NCBI GenBank assembly: GCA_963849955.1
Contig: CAWKJU010000022.1
Span: 2,406-66,405, forward strand
Origin: an uncultured Cytophagales bacterium
Lineage (GTDB): Bacteria; Bacteroidota; Bacteroidia; Cytophagales; JAAEPT01
Reading direction: 5' to 3'
Length of the DNA stretch: 64,000 nt
The notes beneath the pieces are model-generated. The model searched no databases. It had not been told where the DNA came from and was given only the letters and a program-made list of their open reading frames with translations. Shown in pieces: positions 30,632 through 40,452 of this stretch. The position numbers and the translations under genes are program-made. Numbering within the stretch: the first letter of the stretch is position 1; each line of letters opens with the position of its first letter.

Positions 30632-31732
30632 ATGCGACTAATTCATCTGTTTTTGATCACTCTTATTGTTCCTTTTGTTGGAATAGGTCAAGACCTGCAC
30701 TTTAGTCAACACTATGCTTCGCCCTTACACTTAAATCCAGCCATGACTGGTGTTTTTGATTTTGACTTCAAAAATAAAGATTTACGACTGAGCAGCATTT
30801 ACCGACAACAATGGCGAACAATTCGAGGTCCATATATTAATAAAGCTACACCATTTAATACAAGCATATTTTCTGCTGATGGCTTAATAAAAAGGCAAAA
30901 AGATTTAATCGGTAGCTATTTTGGCATTGGTGCTATTTTTTATCACGATGTAGCTGGAGATCTCAACTATGAATCACAATATAGTGGGTTATCATTTTCT
31001 TATGGTCAAAAACTTAACCGTGAATCAACCACTTATTTGAGCATCGGCTTAATGACTGCCTTTGGAAGAAACTCTGTAGATTTTTCTAAGGGGGTTTTTG
31101 ACAACCAGTGGAATGGGTTAGCCTATGACCCCAATTTACCAACAGGAGAAGTCTTCCCTGCTAACAATACGACCTATACAGACATCTCGACTGGAATTGC
31201 GTTTAGCACCTTTCCCTCAGAACGAGCAAAACATACCTTCGGAATTGGTTTATTTCACTTAAATACTCCTCAACAAAATTTATATGAGAATAACGAATCC
31301 ATGCTCCCTCGCAAACTTGTGATTCATTATCAAGGACAAATTCCTATCAGTCACCATAGAGAAATAGTTCCTCTCGGATTTTATCATACACAAGCCAATG
31401 CATATGAGCTGAATGTGGGCGGAATGATGAAATTCAACTTCTTAGATGCTGAATTTAAGGATTTTAAAAACTTACAATTCGGTGGTTCTTATCGATTGGT
31501 AGGGAATAGAGACGTGCTAACAAAAAGTGATGCTTTTATTATTTTGATTAGAACTCAATACCGTAATTTTCTTTTAGGTGCTTCTTACGATTCTAATTTA
31601 TCGGGTTTAACACCAGCCACACGTACTGTTGGTGCTTTTGAAGTAAGTTTAGTTTACTACTTGGATTTATATAAAAAGAATAGACAACCAAGCCGCAAAG
31701 CAAAAAACTACAGGCCTGTTTGTCCAGACTAA
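30632..31732 (+). CDS. PorP/SprF family T9SS membrane protein
   Basis: QDLHFSQHYASPLHLNPAMTG...YRQQW...HLNTP...GASYD...GAFEVSL. Confidence 0.9.
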   Translation: MRLIHLFLITLIVPFVGIGQDLHFSQHYASPLHLNPAMTGVFDFDFKNKDLRLSSIYRQQWRTIRGPYINKATPFNTSIFSADGLIKRQKDLIGSYFGIGAIFYHDVAGDLNYESQYSGLSFSYGQKLNRESTTYLSIGLMTAFGRNSVDFSKGVFDNQWNGLAYDPNLPTGEVFPANNTTYTDISTGIAFSTFPSERAKHTFGIGLFHLNTPQQNLYENNESMLPRKLVIHYQGQIPISHHREIVPLGFYHTQANAYELNVGGMMKFNFLDAEFKDFKNLQFGGSYRLVGNRDVLTKSDAFIILIRTQYRNFLLGASYDSNLSGLTPATRTVGAFEVSLVYYLDLYKKNRQPSRKAKNYRPVCPD

Positions 31733-31735
31733 TTT

Positions 31736-32167
31736 TTAGCAAATAGCTATCTTATCTCTTCGCTTTTCGTGTCTTCCTCCCTCGAATTCTGTTGAAAAAA
31801 ATGCTTCAACTATTTCCTTTGCTTTTTCTAATGAAATAAAGCGTGCTGGAAGCGCAACAATATTTGCATCATTGTGCGATCGGGCTAAAACCGCCAACTC
31901 CTCTTCCCAGGCCATTGCGGAACGAACATTAGCATATTTGTTAGCGACCATATTTACACCATTGGCACTGCCACAAATTAAGATTCCTAAAGGATATTTA
32001 CCTTCGTGAATTGATTTCGCTAAAGGATGTGCAAAGTCTGGATAATCGCACGAAGCTTCTGAATCGGGACCAAAGTCAATGACCTCGTGTCCTGCTTCTA
32101 CTAAAAATTGTTTGATTGCCTCTTTGTATTGATACCCTGCGTGATCGCCACCTATTGGAATTTTCAT
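31736..32167 (-). CDS. rpiB: Ribose 5-phosphate isomerase B
   Basis: DHAG, DYPD, ICGSANG, HNDAN, FEGGRH. Confidence 0.96.
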   Translation of the reverse strand: MKIPIGGDHAGYQYKEAIKQFLVEAGHEVIDFGPDSEASCDYPDFAHPLAKSIHEGKYPLGILICGSANGVNMVANKYANVRSAMAWEEELAVLARSHNDANIVALPARFISLEKAKEIVEAFFSTEFEGGRHEKRRDKIAIC

Positions 32168-33048
32168 TATGCTTTATTTATTTGTTCTTGATATTTCTTT
32201 GCTACTCGAGCAGAAATTTTAATACTCAACTCATATAACCCATATACTGGAACAGATACCAAAATCTGACTTAACACATCTGGTGGTGTTATAATCGCTG
32301 ATATCACTAATATAGAAACAAATGCGTGTTTTCTATAATTCCGCATAAATTCTGGTGTTAACACTCCTATTTTAGAAAAGAAATAAGCAAACACAGGTAG
32401 TTGAAACATGATACCACAGGCCAACACCAACATAATTAAAGTGTTCACATAAGAGGTCAAATCAAACTCATTAATGATGGAATCATCTACCTGATAACTT
32501 CCTAAAAAGTTAATGGAAAGTGGGGCAATAATAAAATAACCAAACGAGATTCCTAAGAAAAATAAGCTGGAGACAAAAAAAGTAGTTCCACGAGCTACTT
32601 TTTGCTCAGCACTATACATTGCGGGTTTAATAAATCGCCACATTTCCCAAAATAAATATGGAAAAGCAACCACTAAACCCAAGACAAATGAAGACGTTAG
32701 GTGCATTACAAACTGACCTGTCATTTGCCTACTTTGTATTGTAAACGGCATTTCATTTAAACACAAGGCATCAATTTTTACTAATTCAGAAAGCTGACAC
32801 AGCCACTGAAAAGTAATAAAATCAACCCGAGATGGACCGAGTATAATAATTCCGAAAACGATTTTTTTACTAACAAAAGCAACAATGGCTAACACCAACA
32901 CGGCAATCACTGATCGCATTAAGTGCCAACGCAGTTCTTCCAGATGCTCTAAAAAAGTCATTTCCACTTGAGCCGGCTCCACGCTTTTTCCTGCTTGACG
33001 TTTTGCCAAGATTTTATTTAACCCTTTATCATCAACTTGATCAAGCAT
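32167..33048 (-). CDS. tatC: Twin-arginine translocase subunit TatC
   Basis: EMTFLEHLEELRW, WRFIKPA, FQLP, ITPPD, LYE motifs. Confidence 0.96.
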   Translation of the reverse strand: MLDQVDDKGLNKILAKRQAGKSVEPAQVEMTFLEHLEELRWHLMRSVIAVLVLAIVAFVSKKIVFGIIILGPSRVDFITFQWLCQLSELVKIDALCLNEMPFTIQSRQMTGQFVMHLTSSFVLGLVVAFPYLFWEMWRFIKPAMYSAEQKVARGTTFFVSSLFFLGISFGYFIIAPLSINFLGSYQVDDSIINEFDLTSYVNTLIMLVLACGIMFQLPVFAYFFSKIGVLTPEFMRNYRKHAFVSILVISAIITPPDVLSQILVSVPVYGLYELSIKISARVAKKYQEQINKA

Positions 33049-33064
33049 AGGGATTTGTCATAAC

Positions 33065-33151
33065 CGTCATTCTGAGCGCAGCGAAGAATCTCAACATAGT
33101 GAAAACGATTTACTCTCAATTGAGAGATTCATCATTTCAGTCAGAATGACG
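33065..33151. repeat. Inverted pair of GTCA-tagged REP-like units (REPIN/MITE-like)
   Basis: cgtcattctgagcgcagcgaagaatctc ... gagattc...tcagaatgacg: 11-bp terminal inverted repeat plus gaatctc/gagattc inner stem, between glyA and tatC. Confidence 0.75.
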
Positions 33152-33159
33152 AGCTAGAA

Positions 33160-34431
33160 TTATTTATAAAGTGGGAAATTTTTCATCCATGCATTTACTT
33201 CTGTTCTTACCTCAGAAATCGCTGATTCATCTTCATGATTAGTCAACACACGATCAATCAATTGAGCGATTTTTTTCATGTCGTCTTCTTTCATATTTCG
33301 AGTTGTAACAGCAGCCGTTCCTAAGCGCATACCTGAAGTCACAAATGGAGAACGTTCATCAAACGGAACCATGTTTTTGTTCACGGTAATGTCAGCTTTA
33401 ACCAAGGCATTCTCAGCTTGCTTTCCTGTCACTCCTTTTGAAGTTAAATCAATTAACATACAGTGATTATCTGTGCCTCCGGATATGATTTTATACCCTA
33501 AATCCACCATCGATTGAGCTAACACAGCTGCATTAGCTTTCACCTGCTTCGCATAGGCTTTATATTCATCTGTCAACGCTTCACCAAAAGCTACTGCTTT
33601 AGCAGCAATCACATGCTCTAACGGACCGCCTTGCGTTCCTGGGAATACAGCACCATCCAACACTTGAGATAATTTTTTTACTTCTCCCTTAAGTGTTTTA
33701 AAACCCCAAGGATTTTCTATGTCTTTACCAATCATAATTAAACCACCTCGAGGACCGCGAAGGGTTTTATGAGTAGTTGTAGTGACAATATGGCAATGAG
33801 GAATAGGGTCATTCATAATACCCGCAGCTATTAAACCTGCTGGGTGAGAAACATCTCCTAATAATACAGCTCCCACTGCGTCAGCTATTTCACGGAAACG
33901 TGCATAGTCTAAATCTCTTGAGTAGGCAGAAGCTCCACAAATAATCAATTTTGGTTTTACTTCTTTAGCAATGCGTTCTACATTGTCCATGTCAACGCGA
34001 CCAGTTTCCTTTTCTACGCCATAGAAATGAGCGTCAAAATATTTACCTGAGAAGTTGACAGGCGAACCGTGTGAAAGGTGACCACCATGAGATAAATCAA
34101 AACCTAAAATGCTATCACCAGGGTTTAAAAAAGCCAACATCACCGCAGTATTGGCCTGCGCACCTGAGTGTGGTTGTACGTTAGCCCATTCAGCACCAAA
34201 CAATTTTTTAGCACGTTCGATAGCAATTGTTTCAACTTCGTCTACTACTTCACAACCTCCATAATATCGTTTGCCTGGCAGTCCTTCAGCGTATTTGTTC
34301 GTTAAAACACTTCCCATTGCCTCCATTACTTGCTTTGAAGTAAAGTTTTCTGAAGCAATTAGTTCAATACCGTGTTCTTGTCTTTCAGCTTCTTGGCTGA
34401 TTAGGTTAAATATTTCTTGGTCTCTTTGCAT
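33160..34431 (-). CDS. glyA: Serine hydroxymethyltransferase
   Basis: [42 protein letters not shown]. Confidence 0.98.
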   Translation of the reverse strand: MQRDQEIFNLISQEAERQEHGIELIASENFTSKQVMEAMGSVLTNKYAEGLPGKRYYGGCEVVDEVETIAIERAKKLFGAEWANVQPHSGAQANTAVMLAFLNPGDSILGFDLSHGGHLSHGSPVNFSGKYFDAHFYGVEKETGRVDMDNVERIAKEVKPKLIICGASAYSRDLDYARFREIADAVGAVLLGDVSHPAGLIAAGIMNDPIPHCHIVTTTTHKTLRGPRGGLIMIGKDIENPWGFKTLKGEVKKLSQVLDGAVFPGTQGGPLEHVIAAKAVAFGEALTDEYKAYAKQVKANAAVLAQSMVDLGYKIISGGTDNHCMLIDLTSKGVTGKQAENALVKADITVNKNMVPFDERSPFVTSGMRLGTAAVTTRNMKEDDMKKIAQLIDRVLTNHEDESAISEVRTEVNAWMKNFPLYK

Positions 34432-34454
34432 GATCTAAATATATAAACGAGGTG

Positions 34455-34485
34455 CAAAAATAGGGTTATGAAATGAGAATGCAAA
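34455..34485 (-). promoter_or_regulatory. Bacteroidota sigma70-type promoter of glyA
   Basis: Minus strand TTTG (34482-34485), 19-nt spacer, TATTTTTG (34455-34462). Confidence 0.7.
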
Positions 34486-34542
34486 GGAGTGTTTATGAAC
34501 ATGTTTTGCTTGGCTGGCATTTAAAATGTTTTAAGGTTTAAA

Positions 34543-37500
34543 TCACTTTACAACCATCAGTTTTTCTGACTGAATAATATTTCCCTCAAGATCTTTAAGC
34601 ATCACTAAATAAAGTCCTGAATTGACGGATTCTAAGTGCCATTCAAACAAATGTGTTGTAATCTCTTCTGAAAACACCACCTCTCCCACTGTGCTAATTA
34701 ATTCTAACCGACCTTTTACATTAAGGTCTTTCATCTGAAGCGACACAGAACTTTGTGTTGGGTTAGGGTACGTGATAAAGAAAGTCGATTCATCAACACT
34801 CAAATTATTGACCCCTTGTCGTTGTAAAGCGTTACAACCTTCTCCTCCTAAGTAAAACAAATTGTAAATCACATTATTCGACATGTAATACGCATGTGGA
34901 TAACGATATGCTATACAACCGTAGGCGTGACTGCTTCCACTATAATTAGAATGCACCGATTCCCACTCACCACTTGGTCGTTGATACAATTGATAAACAT
35001 TTTGGTCACTTCCAACATAATAGAACACATCGGATTGTTTATTAATATCGAAATATCCGGTACATGATTTCCATGCTGTACTTGGAACTTGTTTATAGGA
35101 AAGCGCTTTTCCCGGATTATAATTGGTTCCATTGAAAGGTATTTGTTGAAAATCACCGTTCGTATCTAAATAATAGACATTTTTCTTGGTATCAGCACGT
35201 AACATCGTTTCGTTTTTTGCATTGCTTCCAAGTGCATTTACCACCTGATTTGTGTTCATCTCTAAATAATACACAAGACCATTAGCTTGGGTAAAAAACA
35301 GTTTTTGATCCACTTGCAGAAGGTTTGCTCCAGCTACATTGCTAGCCACTACCAACTTTGAATTATTGGGAAGAATTCTTACCAGTTGGTTGGAGGTACT
35401 TCGATAAAATAGTTGCTTTTGACTGTTAACATACAAGTGACTTTGTATATCATTTGCCGTTGGGTGGGTAACAGCTTGCCCCCAGGTTTTGGAAATTCGG
35501 TCATAGCGAACGGATTGAACGGTGTTGGAGGTCGATTTAAAATAAACCACCACTTCGCTCTGGTTTTCAACCAAGGCCACCGAACCCGCTGAATTTTCTG
35601 CTAACACCTCCGAATCAACCCACCGTGAAAGGTCATTATCAAAGGTCACATACCGAAGGTTGTTCGCATGATCGGTAAAATAGATGTGTTCGCTGATTTT
35701 GCTTAGTGCGAAGTTGTTGTTTATTCTTCCCACGGAAGTAAGGGTAGCTTTATTTGCTGACTCGGGGTAGTTCAAAGGGCGAGGTATCCAAGCATCGTTG
35801 CTGGAAGGTGTCACGCTAACTTCAATGGTATTGGTCACACAGCCTTTACTATCTTTAGCGTTCACCTGAAACGTCTGCAGGTCAAACACCCATTGTTCCG
35901 GGTTTAGGGTTAATCGGGACCTGAAGTTTTGATTATATAATCCATAATTCAAGTTCCAATGATTCTGCCAATCAAAATGGTAGGGTGGTGTAGTACCACT
36001 GGCTTCTACCACCAACTTATTGATAGTACATAAATCCAATGTACCGTTAAAATCGGTAGGTTCAATTAACGTAAGTTTGGGTGCTACTGATGAAGGCACT
36101 ACATCTATTAGCTCCTGAATTTTGCCATTGGCTTTGACTATTACGCTTACTTCCCCTCCCTGATAATTACCCTGCTGCCAGTTGTTGACTGTGCCTGTAG
36201 CATTAGTTATGTAGGATTTACAGTTTTGGGATGTAACCCAGCTGTTCCACGTACTTGGAAAGTACCAGCAGATTTGGGCATCTGCAGGCAGTTGAGGACC
36301 TGTGATTTGGTAGCCAAAGTTGGTGTTGTTGCAGGACAATTGGTTGGTTCTAATCAATTGAAGACCCAAGTTGGAAGCTAAGGCATAGGTAAGTTTCCAA
36401 CATCCCACATTGCCAAACTGATTTTGCCAATCGGGGTGTACGCCTAAGTGATAGGTAGTAAACTCCAACTGTTCCGCCATTGATTTTGAAAAAGACATGT
36501 GTGTCTCATCATTCACACATACATATGCGCCTGGGTGGATGATTATTTTCCCATTTCCTCTAACATTAATACCTGCATTATGCCCATCAATAGACAAAGT
36601 ACCTCCCGGATATATATGAAGCTCTCCTTCTAAGTTAAGTCGTGCACCACCTCCATTTAATCGTAAGATGCCCTTATCATAAATTACCAATTGCGTGTTT
36701 TCCCTAACTATTATTTCAGCGAAAGTATCATTTGCTTCTAAAATAGCGTTTTGAGAAATGATAAACTGTCCTTGGTTTTGAAGGTCTAAGATGCCCCTAT
36801 TTACTGTAATGCTTAAGTTATTGCACAGTTCATAGTCCACCGCGCCTGTAAAAGTGAGGGTACGTGTAAAAGTGTCATTATCTTCTCTATCAATTAATAA
36901 GGGTTGAGTTATGCGTTCATAACGCTCATTTACGGTTAAAAAATCGCCTGGTTCAATCGTGTTTTGTTCTCCCCAGTTGTAATTAGCGGTTTTATAAACA
37001 AACTGCATGTTTTTTTCAAAGTGAGACCCTACTATCCATAATTTATTTATGTTAGGAACATATCCATATACAAGGGTATCAGAAATTTGAGTAAAACGAT
37101 TGTTATAGTAGGACATTTGAGTACCTAGACCAGCTCGATAAGCTTCAATATCACCTACTACCCAGTTGTTGCGAAACACTTTTTCTATTTTTTGTAAGTC
37201 GGTATTACAACCTTCCCCCGCAAAACCGTTTCTGTTAATAACATTTACAAAAAAATGAAAGATGTTTAAAGGATTACCTTCAAGCGCTTTTATTATTTGA
37301 CCAAATCCTAAACTCACATCATCTTCATTGCCTGGCGACCAGCTACTCTCAGGAACTGTATTAGTTGTACCCGCAGGAGAAAATATATCCACATCATTAA
37401 AACCAGGGTATTGTCGTGTAGGGATTAGTGGTAAACCTTTATCTTCCCCATCCCACAAATCATAAATGGCTGCTCCTATCAGGTATTCAGATTGGATACC

Positions 37501-39033
37501 TTTTGTATACAAGTATTTCGATCCTCCCACAAGATAATTAGTCGTAATCACTTCGTGTTCTGGCCAACGCCCCTCTTCATATCCACATTCTTTATCTTCC
37601 AACCTGGGATGGGCATCCATCATAAAATAAAAAGCGTGTGCCCAGCCCTCGTTAAAAGCTCCATAAGGATGATCACTTTTAAAGTAAGAGTGACTGCCTT
37701 CATTATCCAGATAAAGGGGTAATTCTCTGTAATTAGTGACCATATAAAACACATGGTGTCCGTATTCATGGTAGATGGTCTCTTCAGTAATTTCATCTCC
37801 ATCTTGTAAAAATATTTTTGGCGTTAACGTAGATGCAATTAATCTATCGGGAAGGTAAAAACTATTTCCATATTCTTGATACATTAAGATGTCTAACGAA
37901 CTATTTCTAGTTAAATGAGGCTGACTGAAAATTTTACATTGAAACGCGCGATGTACCGTCATAAAGCTTTCATCTCCTAAATATAAATTTCCCATGTCTC
38001 TGTGAAAATCATTACCAGCAGATCCTACCGTAACCTTTTCCTGTACTTGATTGCCATCAAGATTAAAGATATTGACATTGATGGGTGTGGTAAGTGCCTG
38101 AATGTTTTCCCCTTGGTATGAACGTGTTTTGGCTACAAACTCTAAAAAAAGTTCCAGGTTTCCTTCATTAAATTGACACGTTTCGTACTTTATTTCAAAG
38201 TTACCATTAGCATCCGTATATGTACTGCCTAGTTCATCATCTAACAAGGGGTCGTTGTCTCGTAAACGCACGTAGATATGTTGCAAAGGAAATTCGACCT
38301 CTATATCTAGGTCGTTGATATATCTTTGCATCAATCTACCTTTCACTACACCATCCTTTTCAGTACAAAAAAGCCCACTAACTCGGGCATTTGCAGGTTG
38401 TAGTTGATCATCTCCGCTATAGTTGATATAATTGGCAGCCTTTTCACTAGACATTAAAATCTCATAAGCTAATCCGGGAATACTTACCCACTGTACGTTG
38501 GTCTTATGATCAGTAGCTAGTTCTATATCTGAAGTTGGGATTTGACTTTTTAACAAACTAATGCGTGTGGAATCGCTGGTGGCTTGAGTGCCCAACCATC
38601 GCTGTGTTGGGTTGCCATAAAAATCGGGGTGATTCCAACTTTGCACAGTTGCCCAGGGAGTAAAATAGATTTTTCCATTGGTTTTAAATTGGTTTCCTGA
38701 TTCACTTTCTACTATCAACCCAATAGTTTGGGCAAAAAATGACACCTTACTTTCAGTAAATTTCAAATGAGCTGGAAACACGATGGAGTCACCTGCTGAT
38801 AAACTAAGAGGTAGGTCAAGTGAAGAAAGAAATACGCCTGGGGGCAACTTAAACCGATAATTAATCAACTCTAAATCAACTGAAGTTTTAAGTACATAGT
38901 GAAGTATGAAGGAAGAGCCCTCTGGGGAAATTTCCTCAGAAATTAATTGTAAATGAACCGTTTTTGCTGTTTCTGCACTAGAGACTCTTGTTAATGCACA
39001 CAGTATTATCAAAGAGAAAAAGAAATTTTTCAT
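34543..39033 (-). CDS. T9SS type A secreted multidomain protein with gluzincin-type metallopeptidase motif
   Basis: Signal peptide; transthyretin-like RLRDNDPLLDDELGSTYTDANGNFEI; HEYGH followed by AFNEGWA; Gly/Ile-rich beta-helix-like stretch; ~40-aa propeller-like repeats (IYFTDHANNLRY, VYFKSTSNTVQS, LFYRSTSNQLVR, VYYLDTNGDFQQ, FYYVGSDQNVYQ); CTD YPNP...SGLYLV...EKLMVVK. Confidence 0.85.
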   Translation of the reverse strand: MKNFFFSLIILCALTRVSSAETAKTVHLQLISEEISPEGSSFILHYVLKTSVDLELINYRFKLPPGVFLSSLDLPLSLSAGDSIVFPAHLKFTESKVSFFAQTIGLIVESESGNQFKTNGKIYFTPWATVQSWNHPDFYGNPTQRWLGTQATSDSTRISLLKSQIPTSDIELATDHKTNVQWVSIPGLAYEILMSSEKAANYINYSGDDQLQPANARVSGLFCTEKDGVVKGRLMQRYINDLDIEVEFPLQHIYVRLRDNDPLLDDELGSTYTDANGNFEIKYETCQFNEGNLELFLEFVAKTRSYQGENIQALTTPINVNIFNLDGNQVQEKVTVGSAGNDFHRDMGNLYLGDESFMTVHRAFQCKIFSQPHLTRNSSLDILMYQEYGNSFYLPDRLIASTLTPKIFLQDGDEITEETIYHEYGHHVFYMVTNYRELPLYLDNEGSHSYFKSDHPYGAFNEGWAHAFYFMMDAHPRLEDKECGYEEGRWPEHEVITTNYLVGGSKYLYTKGIQSEYLIGAAIYDLWDGEDKGLPLIPTRQYPGFNDVDIFSPAGTTNTVPESSWSPGNEDDVSLGFGQIIKALEGNPLNIFHFFVNVINRNGFAGEGCNTDLQKIEKVFRNNWVVGDIEAYRAGLGTQMSYYNNRFTQISDTLVYGYVPNINKLWIVGSHFEKNMQFVYKTANYNWGEQNTIEPGDFLTVNERYERITQPLLIDREDNDTFTRTLTFTGAVDYELCNNLSITVNRGILDLQNQGQFIISQNAILEANDTFAEIIVRENTQLVIYDKGILRLNGGGARLNLEGELHIYPGGTLSIDGHNAGINVRGNGKIIIHPGAYVCVNDETHMSFSKSMAEQLEFTTYHLGVHPDWQNQFGNVGCWKLTYALASNLGLQLIRTNQLSCNNTNFGYQITGPQLPADAQICWYFPSTWNSWVTSQNCKSYITNATGTVNNWQQGNYQGGEVSVIVKANGKIQELIDVVPSSVAPKLTLIEPTDFNGTLDLCTINKLVVEASGTTPPYHFDWQNHWNLNYGLYNQNFRSRLTLNPEQWVFDLQTFQVNAKDSKGCVTNTIEVSVTPSSNDAWIPRPLNYPESANKATLTSVGRINNNFALSKISEHIYFTDHANNLRYVTFDNDLSRWVDSEVLAENSAGSVALVENQSEVVVYFKSTSNTVQSVRYDRISKTWGQAVTHPTANDIQSHLYVNSQKQLFYRSTSNQLVRILPNNSKLVVASNVAGANLLQVDQKLFFTQANGLVYYLEMNTNQVVNALGSNAKNETMLRADTKKNVYYLDTNGDFQQIPFNGTNYNPGKALSYKQVPSTAWKSCTGYFDINKQSDVFYYVGSDQNVYQLYQRPSGEWESVHSNYSGSSHAYGCIAYRYPHAYYMSNNVIYNLFYLGGEGCNALQRQGVNNLSVDESTFFITYPNPTQSSVSLQMKDLNVKGRLELISTVGEVVFSEEITTHLFEWHLESVNSGLYLVMLKDLEGNIIQSEKLMVVK

Positions 39034-39060
39034 AAAAATTGATTTAAAAGATGAAAAGTA

Positions 39061-39675
39061 TTATTGATTAATAAAATAGGTTTTTAGGTTCCAAACCGTA
39101 GCATTAAAGAGTTGTTTGCGAATTAAACCCACATGAGGGGCGTAATAGGTAAACTCTGGTACTAAATTGTGCTGAAACTTTGTGGTGGTAAATTTTAAGA
39201 CCTCATTATATGCAGAATCTTTTATTTGTAAATTATTTAATTTTTCTCTTATTAAATAACCGCTATATAACAATAGAGAGTCTCCCTCTGGATATGAGAA
39301 AAACATTATGGTCGGTTTAAATGTTGGTGGGGGTGATTCATCATACGTATAATTCATCCCCCCCCTCGCCCCTGCAAGAATTTCTGTTTTATAATATGAG
39401 CTATTGTAGTTTATTAGTTGGTATTCGTAGATAATATCTAAATTACTCCTATCTACCATCTTATTATTAGAATACGTAACCGTAATCGTATCTAAAACAC
39501 CTGAAGCTGAGTCTTCATACACCCACCAGCTACCAACAGGAAAGATGACATAGTCCTTCATCATCTGGTTGAGGTAATACGTTGGCTTTTCTTCGCTTTT
39601 GTCTTTTTTTGATGGACAGGCAGTAAATAACACTGCTGTGCTGAGTAATAAAAAGGTGCTGATTGTTTTTTTCAT
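39061..39675 (-). CDS. Lipoprotein paralog 1 of tandem array
   Basis: Lipobox LFTAC; FPVGSWWVYEDSASG and YYAPHVGLIRKQLFNATVWNL shared with the neighbours; in-frame G8 tract at 39358-39365. Confidence 0.88.
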   Translation of the reverse strand: MKKTISTFLLLSTAVLFTACPSKKDKSEEKPTYYLNQMMKDYVIFPVGSWWVYEDSASGVLDTITVTYSNNKMVDRSNLDIIYEYQLINYNSSYYKTEILAGARGGMNYTYDESPPPTFKPTIMFFSYPEGDSLLLYSGYLIREKLNNLQIKDSAYNEVLKFTTTKFQHNLVPEFTYYAPHVGLIRKQLFNATVWNLKTYFINQ

Positions 39676-39840
39676 AGCGTTAAAGAATCTTAAAGAGTGG
39701 TGTAAATATAAAATTTATTTTCTCATTGTGTGTTTTCAAATGAAATTTTTTACTCTAGGGTTTGAAAAGAGGAAAAGTATTATTGATTAATAAAATATTC
39801 TTTTAGGTTCCAAACATCGCCATTAAAAAGCTCTTTGCGG
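39676..39840. repeat. Direct repeat copy A (leader + promoter + spacer + upstream gene 3' end)
   Basis: Closely matches 41857-42022, e.g. cttaaagagtg(g/a)tgtaaatataaaatttatttt...ttttcaaatgaaattttt...aaaagtattattgattaataaaata. Confidence 0.85.
39683..39710 (-). promoter_or_regulatory. Repeated promoter/leader of paralog 1
   Basis: Minus strand TATATTTA (variant -7 element) then cacCACTCTTTAAGATTCTT. Confidence 0.55.
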
Positions 39841-40379
39841 ATCAAGCCAACATTAGGAGCATAGTAGGTGATTTCTGGAATTAGGTTATAGGTATGTTGG
39901 GTTTTTGAAAACTTCTTTACGTGTCTAAAAATTTTGCCTTTAATAGTTAAACTATCTAGGCGCTGTGCAATTAATTCTCCTTTTAAAAGAATGATTGTAT
40001 CTTTTTTTGCTGCATAAAAATTTACTACTGTTGAGAAATTCATATATAAATAAGAATCCTGATAAATGTTATTCCCAGCATCTGCACCTCCCCAAATTTC
40101 GCCTTTATTAAACGATGAATGAAAAACCATATTTCTTATTTCATAATCATCTATTTCATCACGAGTAAATCGGCTTTCACTAGAATTCAGAGTTACAGTG
40201 TCTAAATTTCCAGATGCAGAATCCTCGTACACCCACCAACTACCCACAGGCATAAACACATAGGTTTTAATTTCCTCATTAAAATAGTGGGTTATTTTTC
40301 CGCTATCATCTTTTGAAGGGCAGGCGGTAAATAATACGGTGGTGCTGAGTAATAGAAAGAGCTTAAGTGTTTTTTTCAT
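39780..40379 (-). CDS. Lipoprotein paralog 2 of tandem array
   Basis: Lipobox LFTAC-PSKDD; MPVGSWWVYEDSASG; YYAPNVGLIRKELFNGDVWNLKEYFINQ. Confidence 0.88.
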   Translation of the reverse strand: MKKTLKLFLLLSTTVLFTACPSKDDSGKITHYFNEEIKTYVFMPVGSWWVYEDSASGNLDTVTLNSSESRFTRDEIDDYEIRNMVFHSSFNKGEIWGGADAGNNIYQDSYLYMNFSTVVNFYAAKKDTIILLKGELIAQRLDSLTIKGKIFRHVKKFSKTQHTYNLIPEITYYAPNVGLIRKELFNGDVWNLKEYFINQ

Positions 40380-40385
40380 GAGCTA

Positions 40386-40413
40386 AAGAATCTTAAAGAG
40401 TGGTACAAAAGTA
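40386..40413 (-). promoter_or_regulatory. Repeated promoter/leader of paralog 2
   Basis: Minus strand TACTTTTG (consensus -7) then tacCACTCTTTAAGATTCTT. Confidence 0.65.
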
Positions 40414-40452
40414 AAGCATGTTTGTTAACTAGGTGTTATTTATTGAAAGTTT

